Assembly: GCF_006345805.1 (NCBI RefSeq)
Contig: NC_043000.1
Coordinates: 148,862,001 to 148,926,000, forward strand
Reading direction: 5' to 3'
Length of the DNA stretch: 64,000 nucleotides
DNA from: Octopus sinensis
Taxonomy: Eukaryota
A model generated the notes under the pieces. That model had not been told where the DNA came from, did not search any database, and saw only the letters and a program-made list of their open reading frames with translations. The translations under genes and the position numbers were made by a program. Positions 12,561 through 25,585 of this stretch are shown in pieces. Every line of letters starts with the position of its first letter. Position 1 is the first letter of the stretch.

Positions 12561-12796
12561 GAAGGCGGCGAGCTGGTAGAAACGTTTGCACGCCAGGCGA
12601 AATGCGTAGCCGTATTTCGTCTGCCGTTACGTTCTGAGTTCAATTTCCGCCGAGGTCGACTTTGCCTTTCATCCTTTTGGGGTCGATAAATTAAGGACCA
12701 GTTACGCACTGGGGTCGATATAATCGACTTAATCCGTTTGTCTGTCCTTGTTTGTCCTCTCTGTGTTTAGCCCCTTGTGGGTAATAAAGAAATAGG
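12561..12796 (+). mobile_element. Family C SINE, full length
   Basis: 15-bp TSD tatggttatatgatg (12546-12560 / 12797-12811). Confidence 0.92.
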
Positions 12797-13429
12797 TATG
12801 GTTATATGATGAAGAAAATCTATTCACAAGTATGTGGTTCTGAGTTTGGCCCCATTGCACAGCACTTTGGACAAGTGTTTTCTACCATAAGCCCATAAGC
12901 TTTGTGAATTGAATTTGGCAGACATAAAATGTAAGGATGCCTGTCATGTGCCTGTTGTAGTTACTTTATATCACATTACTCTTAGCTTCATGCTTGAAAG
13001 CATTCTTCAGACATGTAGCTGGTAAAAAGATTAGTGCTGAATTATCCAAGAGTACCAAAGTTCTTTCTCCTAACCACTTCTGTCTAAGGGTTATCTTTAC
13101 CATGAAACTTTAAGGTGTAAAGTAACTTGAAATTTTCTCTAATTTTTTAAAGTTCTCTTTATTCATAAAGTTAATTTGTAGGTAATGACACTTGTAAATA
13201 CAGCACCATAGCTATATACATATAGGGCCAACCTAGCAAAAACCAAAGTTTTAGTAAATAGGAAGGCTGGCAAACCACAATCCCCTTCAGATAGAAGGCC
13301 CTGCTCGATCTGTAGAAAAGGTGTGGGTAGAAACTCCATACAATGTGCCTGTTGTAAGCTATGGACACATAAAAGGTGCAGCAAAATCAAAGGTAGGTTA
13401 ACCAGGAAAATAGTTTTTGTGTGTGACAT

Positions 13430-14390
13430 GCAATAAACACTGAAGATGTAGATACAACAGATTCCATCACATGCCAGGGGGAGAAACTAAAAATAGTTAA
13501 TAGCTTTTGCTACCTAGGCAACTAAGTCTGTAGTGGGGGTGTTTGCTCTGAGAGTGGAGCAGCTAGAATAAGAATAGCCAGGGCAAAGTTCAGGGAGCTC
13601 CTACCTCTGCTGGCAACTAAGGGCCTCTCGTTCAGGATGAAAGGTAGACTATGATGCATGTGTGCAAACTGCCATGCTACACAGCAGTGAAACATGGGCC
13701 ATGAATGCTGAGGACATGCGTAGGCTTGAAAGAAATGAAGCTAGTATGATCCGCTGGATGTGTAATGTCACTGTGCATACACAACAGAGTGTAAGTGCCC
13801 TAAGAGAAGGGCATAAGAAGCATCAAATGTGGTACAAGAGAGACGACTGCGCTGGTATGGTCATGTGTTACGTATGGATGAGGAAGTGTCACTCCCTAAT
13901 TATGGAAGAAGTAGATCCAGGAAGACATTGGGATGAGGTGGTGAAGCATGACCTTTGAACTTTGGGCCTCACAGAGGCAATGACAGGAGATATGCTGTAA
14001 TTGAGAAGACCCGGCACTAAAGTGAGATCACAGCCACGCATGTCCAGCCCAGTTAAGAGTACCCTTGATGCATTGTGCAATATATGCTTGAGAAGACCAG
14101 TTAAGCTAAGTAAAATCAATATTGGAGCTGTGGCCAGTGCCCCCTGACTGGCTCCCATGCTGGTGGCATGTAAAAAGCACTATCTAAACCGGATCGATGC
14201 TAGGCCCCCCTGTCTGGCTTCTGTGCTGGTGGCACATAAAAAGTACCCACTAACACTCGGAGTGGTTGGTGTTAGGAAGGGCATCCAGCTGTAGAAACAC
14301 TACCAGATCAGACTGGAGCCTGGTGCAGCCGCTGGCTCTCCAGACCTCAGTCAAACCGTCCAGCCCATGCCGTTAAATGATGTTGATGAT
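13430..14390 (+). mobile_element. RTE LINE 3' portion (ORF C-terminus plus family A 3' UTR)
   Basis: MLHSSETWAMNAEDMRRLERNEASMIRWMCNV runs directly into the family A UTR and tail, linking family A to this LINE. Confidence 0.88.
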
Positions 14391-14639
14391 TGCCAATAAA
14401 ACAGGAAAACTGATGCATTTGAATGAAGCCCCTTGTCATAGTTGTTCTTTACCGAGATATCGAGACAATCTTTTGTTATTCTTACCATTCAAAATACAGC
14501 AAAACTGGTTGACTTGTAGGAAACTTGTAATCAGTGATTTTACTGTTCACCAATTGCAATATATAATATCCAACTATACAGCTTTAGTTAATAAGACCTA
14601 TGAACATTCGTCCTCAGTCATCTGAATTACAACTTTCAA

Positions 14640-15075
14640 TTACGATCACCTCAAAACGTCAAACTAACAGTAGAACTGAAGGCACTCAAATGGCACTATA
14701 CTGAGAAGATTGACTCAGTGCAACAGAGAAGCTACCAAGAAGTTAAGAGCTAATGCTTTGCTCCCCATAGAGATGATATGAAAGATATGCAATGATATAT
14801 ATGGAAGATTATGGAAAGTCTAAAACCTAACTTTGGGATTGAAAGCTCTACAATTCACCAAACTAGATACCACTGCATTGTACCAAAGATCCTGTCCTCT
14901 CTGTCCAGAGTAAGGACCCAGTACTGTAATGGCTTAAGTTTCAAGGACCTGCAACTTTTCAATATCTTGCCAAAAGGCCCCAGAAATCTACTAGGAGTAG
15001 ATGTATTCAAAGAACATTTAGACAATTTTCTGAAGTACCAGATGCACCACAACTTGTCCAACTCACTACTTCACC
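14640..15075 (+). mobile_element. CR1-like LINE 3' fragment
   Basis: RYHCIVPK...QYCNGLSFKDLQLFNILPK...NSLLHQ; homologous to the 3' part of 32615-33660. Confidence 0.7.
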
Positions 15076-15878
15076 AGAATTGATTCCAGAGGCGGAGCCA
15101 GAAAATGGGTCTAAAATAAACAAGCATTAATGCTGACAGTGCCCCAGCATAGCTACAGCATGCAGTTGAAACCAGTGAAAGAGTACAAATGATATTAGTT
15201 CTAAATACTAACCAGCAGATACTCTTATTAAACACTTTGTCTAAATCCAGTAATCTAAGATTAAAACAACCATTCCCAAGCATATCAGATATATAAGTAA
15301 AATTCAAGTAACATACAAAACACCTAGGGCTTGCAAGGGGTTTCACTTTTCAAATATTCATGCAAACAGTACCAAATCTTCAAGTTATCAAAGCTGGTTT
15401 AATTTTAGGCAGATACATGAAAATAGCATTCAGTATTTATAATATTAGGTATAAACAGTAAAAATTGAACTCTTGGAGAAATCATACCAGAACAGCACAC
15501 TTCTTGGTTTTCTTCTTTTGATGGATAGCAAAATCTACTGCTTCACTTTGACAACTTGTAGATTAATGTATATTATACCTCTTGCCATTTATTAATCTGC
15601 TGGTCAACTACGAGATTAAAACTCTGAACTTACAAAAACATTCCATTTTTCCAAACACCAGGTCACATGCTGAACATAGGTGTTAAATGTCATTTAGCAA
15701 CTTAACTGCTTGTTTTGTATCTATAGAGTAGCTTCAATAATATTACAATCCTTTAGTTAATTTAGAACTCTAATATGCAGCATTGAATGCTTATTTGAGG
15801 CTATGTATACAATCATCAGAAACATCATTATTGCCCACAAGCTCTCAACCAAATACATATCCAATGTAATTTTTATTT

Positions 15879-16340
15879 CATCATCATCATTTAGCATCCA
15901 TTGTCCATGCTGGTAAGCCGAGGGGCTGCACCGGACTCCAGTCTAATTTGGCATGGTTTCTATGGCTGGATGCCAGTTGTGTGACACTAGTATCTGCCAG
16001 AACTACATTTTCACTTGGTTTGATTGGTCTACTCAAGCACAGCATATTGCCAAAGATTTCGGTCATGTGTCATTGCCTCTCTGAAGCCATCGTATATTTC
16101 ATATCCACTTTTCCATGCTTGCATTGGGTCAGATGGCATTTGAGACAGGTTTTTATATGGCCAAACTCTTTTTTGCCAACCCTCACTTATTTCCAAGCAA
16201 ATTAATATTTGCCCATAACCAGATAATGTTTCCATGTAAGATTATAAATGAACACCACCAACACTTGTAAACAGCTGCCACACCATATCAAGACAAAAGC
16301 ACACTCACATTCCTTCAGATTCAGAATGATCTCCACTTAC
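15879..16340 (-). mobile_element. Diverged RTE 3' end (family A related)
   Basis: (CAT)n tail on the + strand; EAMTHDRNLWQYAVLE C-terminal peptide. Confidence 0.65.
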
Positions 16341-17955
16341 AAGGCTTTGAGATATGTAATGTTGAATGAAAGCATTGTCAATGCTTTTATAGTTGGATCC
16401 AAATTTCCAGGTTAATATCTAAGTACTTTATCTCACAAGACACTTATTTTCAGTTTTATTTTGCATCTTTAGAGCCTATGTACACAAAGAAAGCTATTTA
16501 GAAAAGTGGAATGTTTTTATGTGCATTTGGTCAAGTAAAAACTTGGTAGTGGTGGTAATTTTCTTGGAAATATATATTTTCTGTAATTTAGTCAATAGAC
16601 CAATGTGTTGAGGTGCAAGATATAATACAAGTCATATCATACTGAAGATTTTCTTTATTTTAACTTCCAATAATTACTTTTGAACTGAGCTTTATTTGAA
16701 ATGATATAACTGTTATATTCCCCCTTGAGAACTGATTGTCTTGGTGAGGAATGAATATGCTTACTAAATTCTTATATGGGGAAAAAAAGAACTGAATCAT
16801 CCTTTAAAAAAAAAGGTATGATGAATGAAGTTGGAAATAAACTCTAGTCATTTGTGTTCTCACAGACGCCTTTTGAAAAATAATTTTTTGCTGATTGTCA
16901 TTGTAGTGAGTTTTGTCAGGAATTGTACCATGTTGATGACTTAATGTTGCAATATTTATAAATGCGAGGATAATTTATACGTAATGTCCATTGCTGAAGA
17001 TGGGTAATCACTGGTTCAACTTGAATAAGTATAGTTAGTAGGTAAAGACATCATAGCAAGCTGTTTGACAGTTTTTGTAGTTTGAAGTGCTGGCCTTTTA
17101 AACTCAACTTTTATATCATATTTGACATTTTTTTCTCTTTTATAATTGTAACTTTCTTGTAAAATTGATGTAGTTATGATTAGACTACATATATGGCTTG
17201 CTAATGTGGAACACCAATCTAGAAGAAAACTTTTTAATCAGCTATGTAGAATTATGTTCTTTGCTCAGTGGCTCTAGTAGTAAGTTCAATATCTTATATT
17301 TCACCTTTAATAAACATAAATCGCAGACCTCTAGACGCTGGTTGGCAGCAATTTCTAGGAACACAACTTGGAATAAATGTAAATTATATTTATTATTCAG
17401 GTAAGCTTTTGACAGTTTAAATTTTACCCAACTGGCATTAATCTGAAAGAGTCAAGACAAAATTGATTTCATAAGTTGTGGAAATTAAATGTTTTTGGAG
17501 AATGATTTACTAAGAGGCACATTTCCATTGCTGTACAGCAAGACAGAGACCATTTAATTGTTTCTCAGTTGCCTATATAGATATTGAAGAGGTTTGTAAA
17601 TGCTATTTCCTCATGTTGATGGTAATTAGATTTACATTTGATTTGTTGCAACTTTATCATTTTTGTAAAAACAGCTCAAACAATAACAATATTAAGTATT
17701 GAAGTAATAAAACTAGAGTTCTAATAGTAGTTTCACCATTAAATTTCATAGCAAGGCTGGGAAATTTAGGAGATTGTATTAAACAGAGCAACAGAACTAT
17801 GGCTATTAGTGAATTAGTGTTGCAGTCAAATGTCTTTATACTCTTATTGAACTAATTAGGCTTACTATTGTATTACATTAATTTATCGAATAATTACCAT
17901 GTATTTGTAAACCAAAATGTGAACTAAATATTTAAAATTGTTTTCTCTTCAACAG

Positions 17956-18040
17956 GTAAATGTTGGCTGGACGAGAAAATTGTTTGGGTATGCAGCTATA
18001 TAGATGACTGAAAAATAAAATTAAAAAATGATTTGTATAT
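17956..18040 (+). other. UQCR11: Probable UQCR11 terminal exon (last base of the Glu codon, TAA, short 3' UTR)
   Basis: Strong acceptor ttttctcttcaacag|G TAA with an upstream branch-like ACTAAAT; AATAAA at 18014-18019. 3' end approximate. Confidence 0.6.
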
Positions 18041-20085
18041 TGTCTTCATAGTTTTGTTGTTTTTTTTTCCTTAATGAGATAAATCTAGACTCAGTCTTAA
18101 TAGTATCTACATATTCTCATTCTAGAACATTTATATATTGTGTCAGCCTCTATTTTTTTTTAAACAATTTACAATGGACATTTTATTCATACAAATAACT
18201 TTTAAATTGTATTTTAGTAGAGGAAAAGTGTACTAAGCTTTTCTATAAACCCTTGAAATACTCATGCCAGCTGTATTTTTTACTGATTTACAGGGCAATA
18301 GAATGCAGTCATGCTGGGCCACTGCCTTCAGAAGTTTTAGTCACAGCCATGCCTATACTTTTATACACCCACGAATTACAACCTCTATCATGTTACAATT
18401 CAATATTTTAAATAAAAAAATCCATTACATGTAAAAATAAAAATTTGGGGATAAAGTGAATCCTGATGCTTCCAATACAGTTGATAAATTTAAATGCTGA
18501 GCAATGCATGTGAGGAATCAAAACACTTTAAATTTATTTTGAAAGTTTAACTTTTATAGGAAATCTTTAAAACGATTAGTTTTCAGGGTTAATTCAAAAG
18601 TGTGAAACTAAGAAATTTATTAAACTTAATTCTATGACTGCTATTTCTTTTTCACTCCCAACTTTGATATGAAAATCTTGATAGGATGGAAAAAAGGAAA
18701 GCAATGATTTTTTTTTAATTGAGCAGTGTGTGTCAAATAGGTTTGTAAATGTGAAGAATACCGTCTATAAAGCATTTTCAGATACATGCACAAATAGTCA
18801 AATTTACACTAAATAATGCAAATTAATTTCAGTGGAAAAATATATTCATTTGCACTGTCCACTCTTGCATGGATTGAAACATATATCTCAACTTTTGCAG
18901 CAGATCTAAAAGACGTTATCAATAACACTATGAAACTGGAATAGCTTAGTTCTTAATTCATTATTGAGAACACTTAAAAATAAAAGCAAGTAATAATCTT
19001 CTTGTATGCTACAAGCTAGTTTTTATCATGTCCAAGTTTTTAACTCAACCAGCTAAATCTAACAATGATGGAAAGCAAACCAGACTTCTGTAAACATCCT
19101 TTTTATTATTTGGACTACAAAGTGACTTGAGGGAAAAAAATTTGGAATGTAGCAGGAATTTGTTATTTGAATTAGTTTTTTCAAAATTAAACTTAAGCTG
19201 ATTAATTTGGTAGTAAATCTTGAATAATAGTTGGATGTGTCACTGTATTCAAGTAAATATAAAAAGGAGCAAAGCAAAGCAAATAAGAAAAGTAGGTTGG
19301 GAAGTCACATTGAAATGAAACAAATGTTAAAAACAAAAAAATGGAAAATGTGGGATTTCCAACTAAATGATATTGATATATACTTGTTGAATTAATTTTG
19401 ACTGTCTGCACTTCTAAGAATGAGAATATGAGCTTGAGATTTATATTTTTGAGATATAGGAACAGTTTACAGAGGACAATTTATTAAAAATGAAAACAGC
19501 AAACTATCTATAAGACAAGCTTTTTTCCTTTTACCATCATGATTTATATACTCATAATTTTACATGGATGAACATACGCACAGAATATATGCATCCAAAA
19601 TTGACATTAACATGAACAGACATACCCTTTAGAATAGAACTAAATGTGTGTGTATTTGTATGTGTGTATACAGTCCATTGTAAAATAGTAACAATGTGTG
19701 TGTGTGTGTGTATGTTGTGTGGGTTGGTGTATTTTTGAAGTTATATGTATGTATAAATACTAAAGAAAGTGCAATTGTTTATCTCTAACCAATGGTTGAT
19801 TCAAGAAACCTTCCAGGAATGCAAACGTTTAGAGTGTTTAGAAAATAAGTAAAATAGTTCAATTTACTCAGTTTGCATAAAAATTTGGATATTAAAAAGG
19901 TTTCTGAACTTGGCTGAAATTATATTCAGAACAAACTAAGAAAGTTGGAAGAGTGTGGTAGTTGTTGATGTCACACTGTCCCTTAGCATACTTTTGTCTC
20001 TTGGCTGGTGGCTTGTCAGCAGCCAAATAGCAAGTTCTGGCATCCTGCTTCCAACGGCTCATTGACACCAACCAATTTTATAAGT

Positions 20086-20181
20086 TCAACAGCAGTTACC
20101 ACCACTGGTTCCTCCGCCACCAGCAGAAGGCATGCTGGTGTTGGCATTGGAATGTTGTGGACCAATCTTGATTCCATTTGC
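20086..20181 (-). CDS. RAB2: Rab2 coding exon 8 (ANGIKIGPQHSNANTSMPSAGGGGTSGGNCC-stop, 96 nt)
   Basis: Poly-T tract ttttccacag|GCA AAT GGA ... TGC TGT TGA; terminal CC geranylgeranylation motif typical of Rab2. Confidence 0.97.
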   Translation of the reverse strand, partial: ANGIKIGPQHSNANTSMPSAGGGGTSGGNCC

Positions 20182-20347
20182 CTGTGGAAAAAAAAAAAAA
20201 AAAAAAAATCATTTAAAAAAATCTGAAACTCATAGAACTTGAATATTAATTACAAAAAAAAAATTTTAACAAAATAATTTGATATCAGTGGTGAAGGACA
20301 TTAATTCTTATCAAAGGAAGATTATGTGTTTTTACATTTTATATTAG

Positions 20348-22140
20348 ATCATCATCGTTTAATAACCATTTTCTATGCTAGCACGGGTTGGACTGGAGTC
20401 TGGGAAGCCAGAAGGCTGCACCAGGCTCCAGTCTGATCTGGCAGTGTTTCTATAGCTGGATGCCCTTCCTAACACCAACCACTCCAAGAGTGTAGTGGGT
20501 GCTTTTTACGGGCCAGAGGAGGCTGGCAACAGCCATGATCAGTTGGTGTTTTTTACATATCATTGGCACAGGAGCTAGTCAAGGCGGCACTGGCATCGGC
20601 CACGGGTATCACAACTACAATTTCTATTTGATTTTCATTTTGAAGTCGATATACTTGACTCAATAGGTCTCCTCAAGCACAGCAGGTCGCCCTACAATCC
20701 AAGGTACTTTTGAATGGGCTGGGGCTGGTTATGCAAAACTGGTGTAGGATATAGCCATGAAATCACTTTATTTGCCAGGTCTTCACGGTCACAGCATATC
20801 TCCAGAGGTCTTGGTCTTTCATCATTGCCTCTGTGAGGCCCAACATTCGAAGGTCATGCTTCATTACCTCAAACCATGTCTTGCTGGGTCTACCTCTATC
20901 CCGGATTCCTTAGACTGTTTGGAAGTGGCACTTCTTCACACAGCTCTTCTCATCCATATGCAGCACATGACCATACCAGCGCAAACGTCTCTCTTGCACA
21001 CCACATCTGATGCTTCTTAAATCCAACATTTCTCTCAGGGTGCTTACACATTACACATTGGGTATGACTCCATCATGAACTACTTGGTTTACAATGCAGG
21101 TGACTAGGCTATAGCCCACACCACCAGATATTTTAAGCATCTCAGCAATGATTCCTGATGGGCCGGGGGCTTTTCCTGGCTTCATACCCTTAATTGCTTT
21201 ATCTACCAGAGAGCTGTCTATTTGGATAGCTGGCCCCTCTACTGGGTCAACATTTGGCAGGCTCTCCTCCTCCCATTCATTCTCCAAGTTCAGCAGTCTT
21301 TCATAATGGCTTCTCCAAGCCTCTTTCTTTTCAGAATCATTAACAGCAAGTCCACCATCATCCATGTGGACACATTTCTCTCGTGCACTGTCTTGCAATC
21401 CGAAATACTTCAGTTCTTTAGTCCTCACATCACTGGACATTGGCAAACTTCTGCCCAGCCTACCTTTTGGATACCTTGTACAGTTCCCTGCTACCCCCAC
21501 CCTTCCAGGCCTGTTTCTTTGCTCTAATGGCTATGTCTACCGTACTATTCCACCACCATATAACTCTAGGTCTGGAAGGGACTTTGCACCATCCACAGAC
21601 TTGGTCTGTGGCACTCAGCAAGCTGTTCCGTAGGAATTTCCAGCTATCTTCTATGTCTGATGTCTGTAGTTCCTCCACCCTCATCAAATCATGAGTTCTT
21701 TAACTTCCAAACCCTTCTTTTTTGGATTGGTATCCTGGCCTCGAGCCTAAAGTCACTAATGACTAGCCTATGCTGGGGGGTACATTCTTCATCCAGGAGG
21801 GTCTTTGTATTTAAGAGCAACCCTGCGTCCTGCTGTCTGGTGAGGATGAAATCAATCTGGCTAGGAGAGTCACCTGATTGATAGGTTATCAGGTGGCTGT
21901 CTGGTTTCCTGAAGCTAGTTTTGCAGATTAAAAGGTTACATGCTTCACCGAACTCCAGTAGCCTAGTTCCCTCATAGTCTCAGGAACCAATGCCATGGCC
22001 TCCGTGTACACTAGTGAAGATACTGGATTGCCACTCATCTTTGAAGTAGCCTGTAGAAGGGCATCATAAAAATGGCCTTCTGATCATTTGGTAGGCCCAC
22101 TTGTGGGGCGTAGGCAGAGATAATTGTAGCTGTGCTGTTT
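20348..22140 (-). mobile_element. Internally deleted RTE LINE in Rab2 intron 7 (APE endonuclease end, RT N-terminus, C-terminus, 3' UTR)
   Basis: ITYQSGDSPSQIDFILTR...TPQHRLVISDF (endonuclease); KEAWRSHYERLLN...GKAPGPSGIIAEML (RT); family A tail at 20348. Confidence 0.9.
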
Positions 22141-22748
22141 TGCAGGACTAGCCTGAGCTTAAGCACTATTACATACCCTGACAATCTCTATGACTCATTT
22201 CTCCGCAAGGAGTATGCCTACACCCCCCACTCCATCCATGTTACCTTGCCAGAAGATTTTACACCTATGTGCCTTAGAATTTATTGTCCCAGTTCCAATT
22301 GAGCAGAACTATGTCCAAAGGTTTTCCAGTAATTACCATTACATCTTTTCAGATATCTCCAACAAGCTTGTCCAGTATAATTTAGATGGTAGTGTGATTT
22401 CAGGAAATTTGGTAGTTACCTCTAGCAAGTCAACCAATTATTTAGAGACTACCTCACTGACTCAAATTTATCTTTGTTCTTAGAGCAGGTATGTTTACAA
22501 TTGGATTCTTTTAGCAGTCAAATCCAAGCTAATTGGTTAGTATTTACTTTCTAGCTTGGAAAATAAGGCAACTGGTATACATAGCTGTTCGCAGCACTAC
22601 AGTGCCTGCAGTCTGAGTCAAAGTACAGCAAAGAATCTATCTTGCAAACATTACATTCGTATTTAAATGGTTATTACAATTCAAAATAAAGATCGCAATT
22701 CACTTCACACTACAAAATGAAGATTTTTTTTTTAAACAATAGATTCTA

Positions 22749-22856
<108 letters not shown>

Positions 22857-23083
22857 CTAGAAAAGATAAACAATTAATTAAAATTCTAAAAATAAGCATT
22901 AAAATGTCAATAAGAAAAATGCAAACACTGGCATATTTTCAAAAAAAGAAAGATTGAAATAAATTCCTAGAATATTCAGAGTAAAAAGAAAAACTCAATT
23001 TAGCTTTTCTGTCAAACTGATCTCTGTAATGAGATAAAAAAAAGTTACATGTTTTCTGTATGACATGAGAGCAAGTGAAATTA

Positions 23084-23478
<395 letters not shown>

Positions 23479-23843
23479 AATATATTATCAAATATACATT
23501 AATTAGACATGAGCTTCGAAAGGTAAAAATTAAGAATACATACTAAAAAAATGAAGGGTAAAAACTAGGATGGCTAAAATCTAAAGAAAGAATAATATAA
23601 AATACTATAGTGATACAGGGTAGTATGCTTTAATGGAAATTAGAATATGGAGTCTATACATTATAAACAATTATTTTGTATTGAAAAGAAAATGGGATTT
23701 GTCCAAAAGAAAGCAACTATATGATGTATTTAATACAATGGATAAGACAATATCTATACCATGCCTTTACTATAAGATTGGGCAGTCAAAAAGTCACTAT
23801 AAAGAAATTTGCTGACTTTTAACCATGAGATTAGAAGCCTTAA

Positions 23844-24064
23844 CCCTTTCATTACCATCCTGGATGAAACGGGCTCTGGCTCTGTAGTACAAATGTCTTG
23901 TTTTCATAAGTATTGAATTAAAATCTTCCACCAAACCTTGGTCACAGTTTATGTTCCTAACACTAGCTGAATGATAACTAAGTTATTTTACTAAATTCTT
24001 TGTTATATTTATAGTAATTAAAAGAAACACCGAGCATCTCAAAATAAATAGAGTAATGAAAGGG
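23844..24064. mobile_element. piggyBac-type (TTAA) MITE
   Basis: Perfect 12-bp TIRs CCCTTTCATTAC / GTAATGAAAGGG flanked by TTAA on both sides; a left-end fragment of a relative near 42263. Confidence 0.88.
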
Positions 24065-24768
24065 TTAACATTCTGGAGCAAAAAAGAAATTGAGATTTTC
24101 AGTGAGGGGGGGGGTCATATTTTGAAGCATTGACAAATTTGAAAACAAGTCATTTTACAAATTTGTACAAATGTAGCTTGTAGTAATTGTTGGAGTTTGA
24201 ATTAAAACACTAATTAATAATCCTTGAACAAATAGATAACTTAGGAGTTGGCAAAAATACCTAACACATGCATTCTTTAATAATATTTGCAGATGAATGG
24301 TTTCACATGAATTTCAAGTAAGACTAAGTAAAATAATGAGGAAAATTATTTATTTCACGACTAATTGCAGCTGGAATCTGTTGGGGTTGGGGCACCACTG
24401 GATACTTGAAAGCAACCTTCCAAAAGAAAATATGATCTGAGTTAGTATTTTGTACTTAACAGCTGTTGAAATCCATTTCTGTACTAAAGATTCAAATCCC
24501 ACATGCTATTGTCACAGCTTATTACATATGTAGTGAGACAAGAAAGAACTACGCCCATTTCATCCAACTGGAGCTGGCTGCAGGAGAATGCATGCGACAA
24601 CTTCCACCCAGCAGTTTTGCATGCCTTTTTCAAGGAGCTAAAACAGTTGCAGTATTGACAACGAGAAAACAATATCACTTTCTAGAATGTGGCATGTTTT
24701 ATGTTCACCACCAACTTAATCGGACAGAGTTAATGGCCCTAGTGCTACATAATTCTTTCAGCTATGTA

Positions 24769-25585
24769 CCGTAAATCCTTGAGTATAATCCACATTTTTT
24801 TTCCCCCAAAATTTAAAGGTCAAAATCCCTAGTGCATACTATATACGAGGTTAAAAATGAAATATATCTTCTAAGCAATGTCCGAGTCTCTATTTGCTGT
24901 CAGGCAATGTTTATTCAGACGCATTTTGTGATGTGAGGCGCGAAAATACCTTAAGCTAAGCCTGAAAACAATGAAGTCATAAAAGAACTGTCTATAACTT
25001 GCAGTAAGCAACATTTATTAAAATAAAAGTATTCAGAACACAGAATAACATGCAACAAAAACAATTTGCAAGCATATTTACATTCCTATATCACGTGATC
25101 GACCAGTCCATCAGATGTAGTTACACATCGCTGGTCACAATGCATTCGCATTGTTTTAGCCTTCGAATGACACCACCCCGCTGGCTAAGCGAGCAGGCCA
25201 AGAAAGAATGGGAGAAAGAGTACAGCAGGGATCACCACCCCTTGCTGGAGCCTTGTGGAGCTTTTAGGTGTTTTTGCTCAATAAACACTCACAACGCCCG
25301 GTCTGGGAATCGAAACCGAGACCTTCGACCGCGAGTCCGCTGCCCTAACCACTGGAGCATTGCGCCTCCACACATTCCCATATAAGAGTTAAGAATATCA
25401 CCATTATTGTATTACGCATGCACGGAAATGTTTGTTCGACAAGGTGTTGCTGGCTTAATTATGCACGACTCAAGTTAGAGAAGGGGTGCATATTATATAC
25501 AAGGTTTAGGATTTTCAGAAGTACAGCCCCTTAAAAATCCCCTGCGTATTATACTCAAGGACGGACTATACTCGAAGATTTACGG
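24769..25585. mobile_element. Tc1/mariner-superfamily (pogo/Tc2-like) MITE containing a nested SINE
   Basis: TIRs CCGTAAATCCTTGAGTATAATCC vs CCGTAAATCTTCGAGTATAGTCC; TA TSD; subterminal gtgcata.tatatac.agg repeats. Confidence 0.85.
25091..25371 (-). mobile_element. Family D SINE with RTE-like tail, nested in the MITE
   Basis: tRNA-like head with A and B boxes; near-perfect 11-bp TSD acattcc(t/c)ata. Confidence 0.85.

Noticed and set aside
17391-17406. Alternative UQCR11 last-exon acceptor ttattcag|GTAAGC
   Set aside because: Weak pyrimidine tract and no nearby downstream AATAAA compared with 17956; kept only as a secondary possibility.
20008-20226. 72-aa + strand ORF
   Set aside because: Antisense shadow of Rab2 exon 8.
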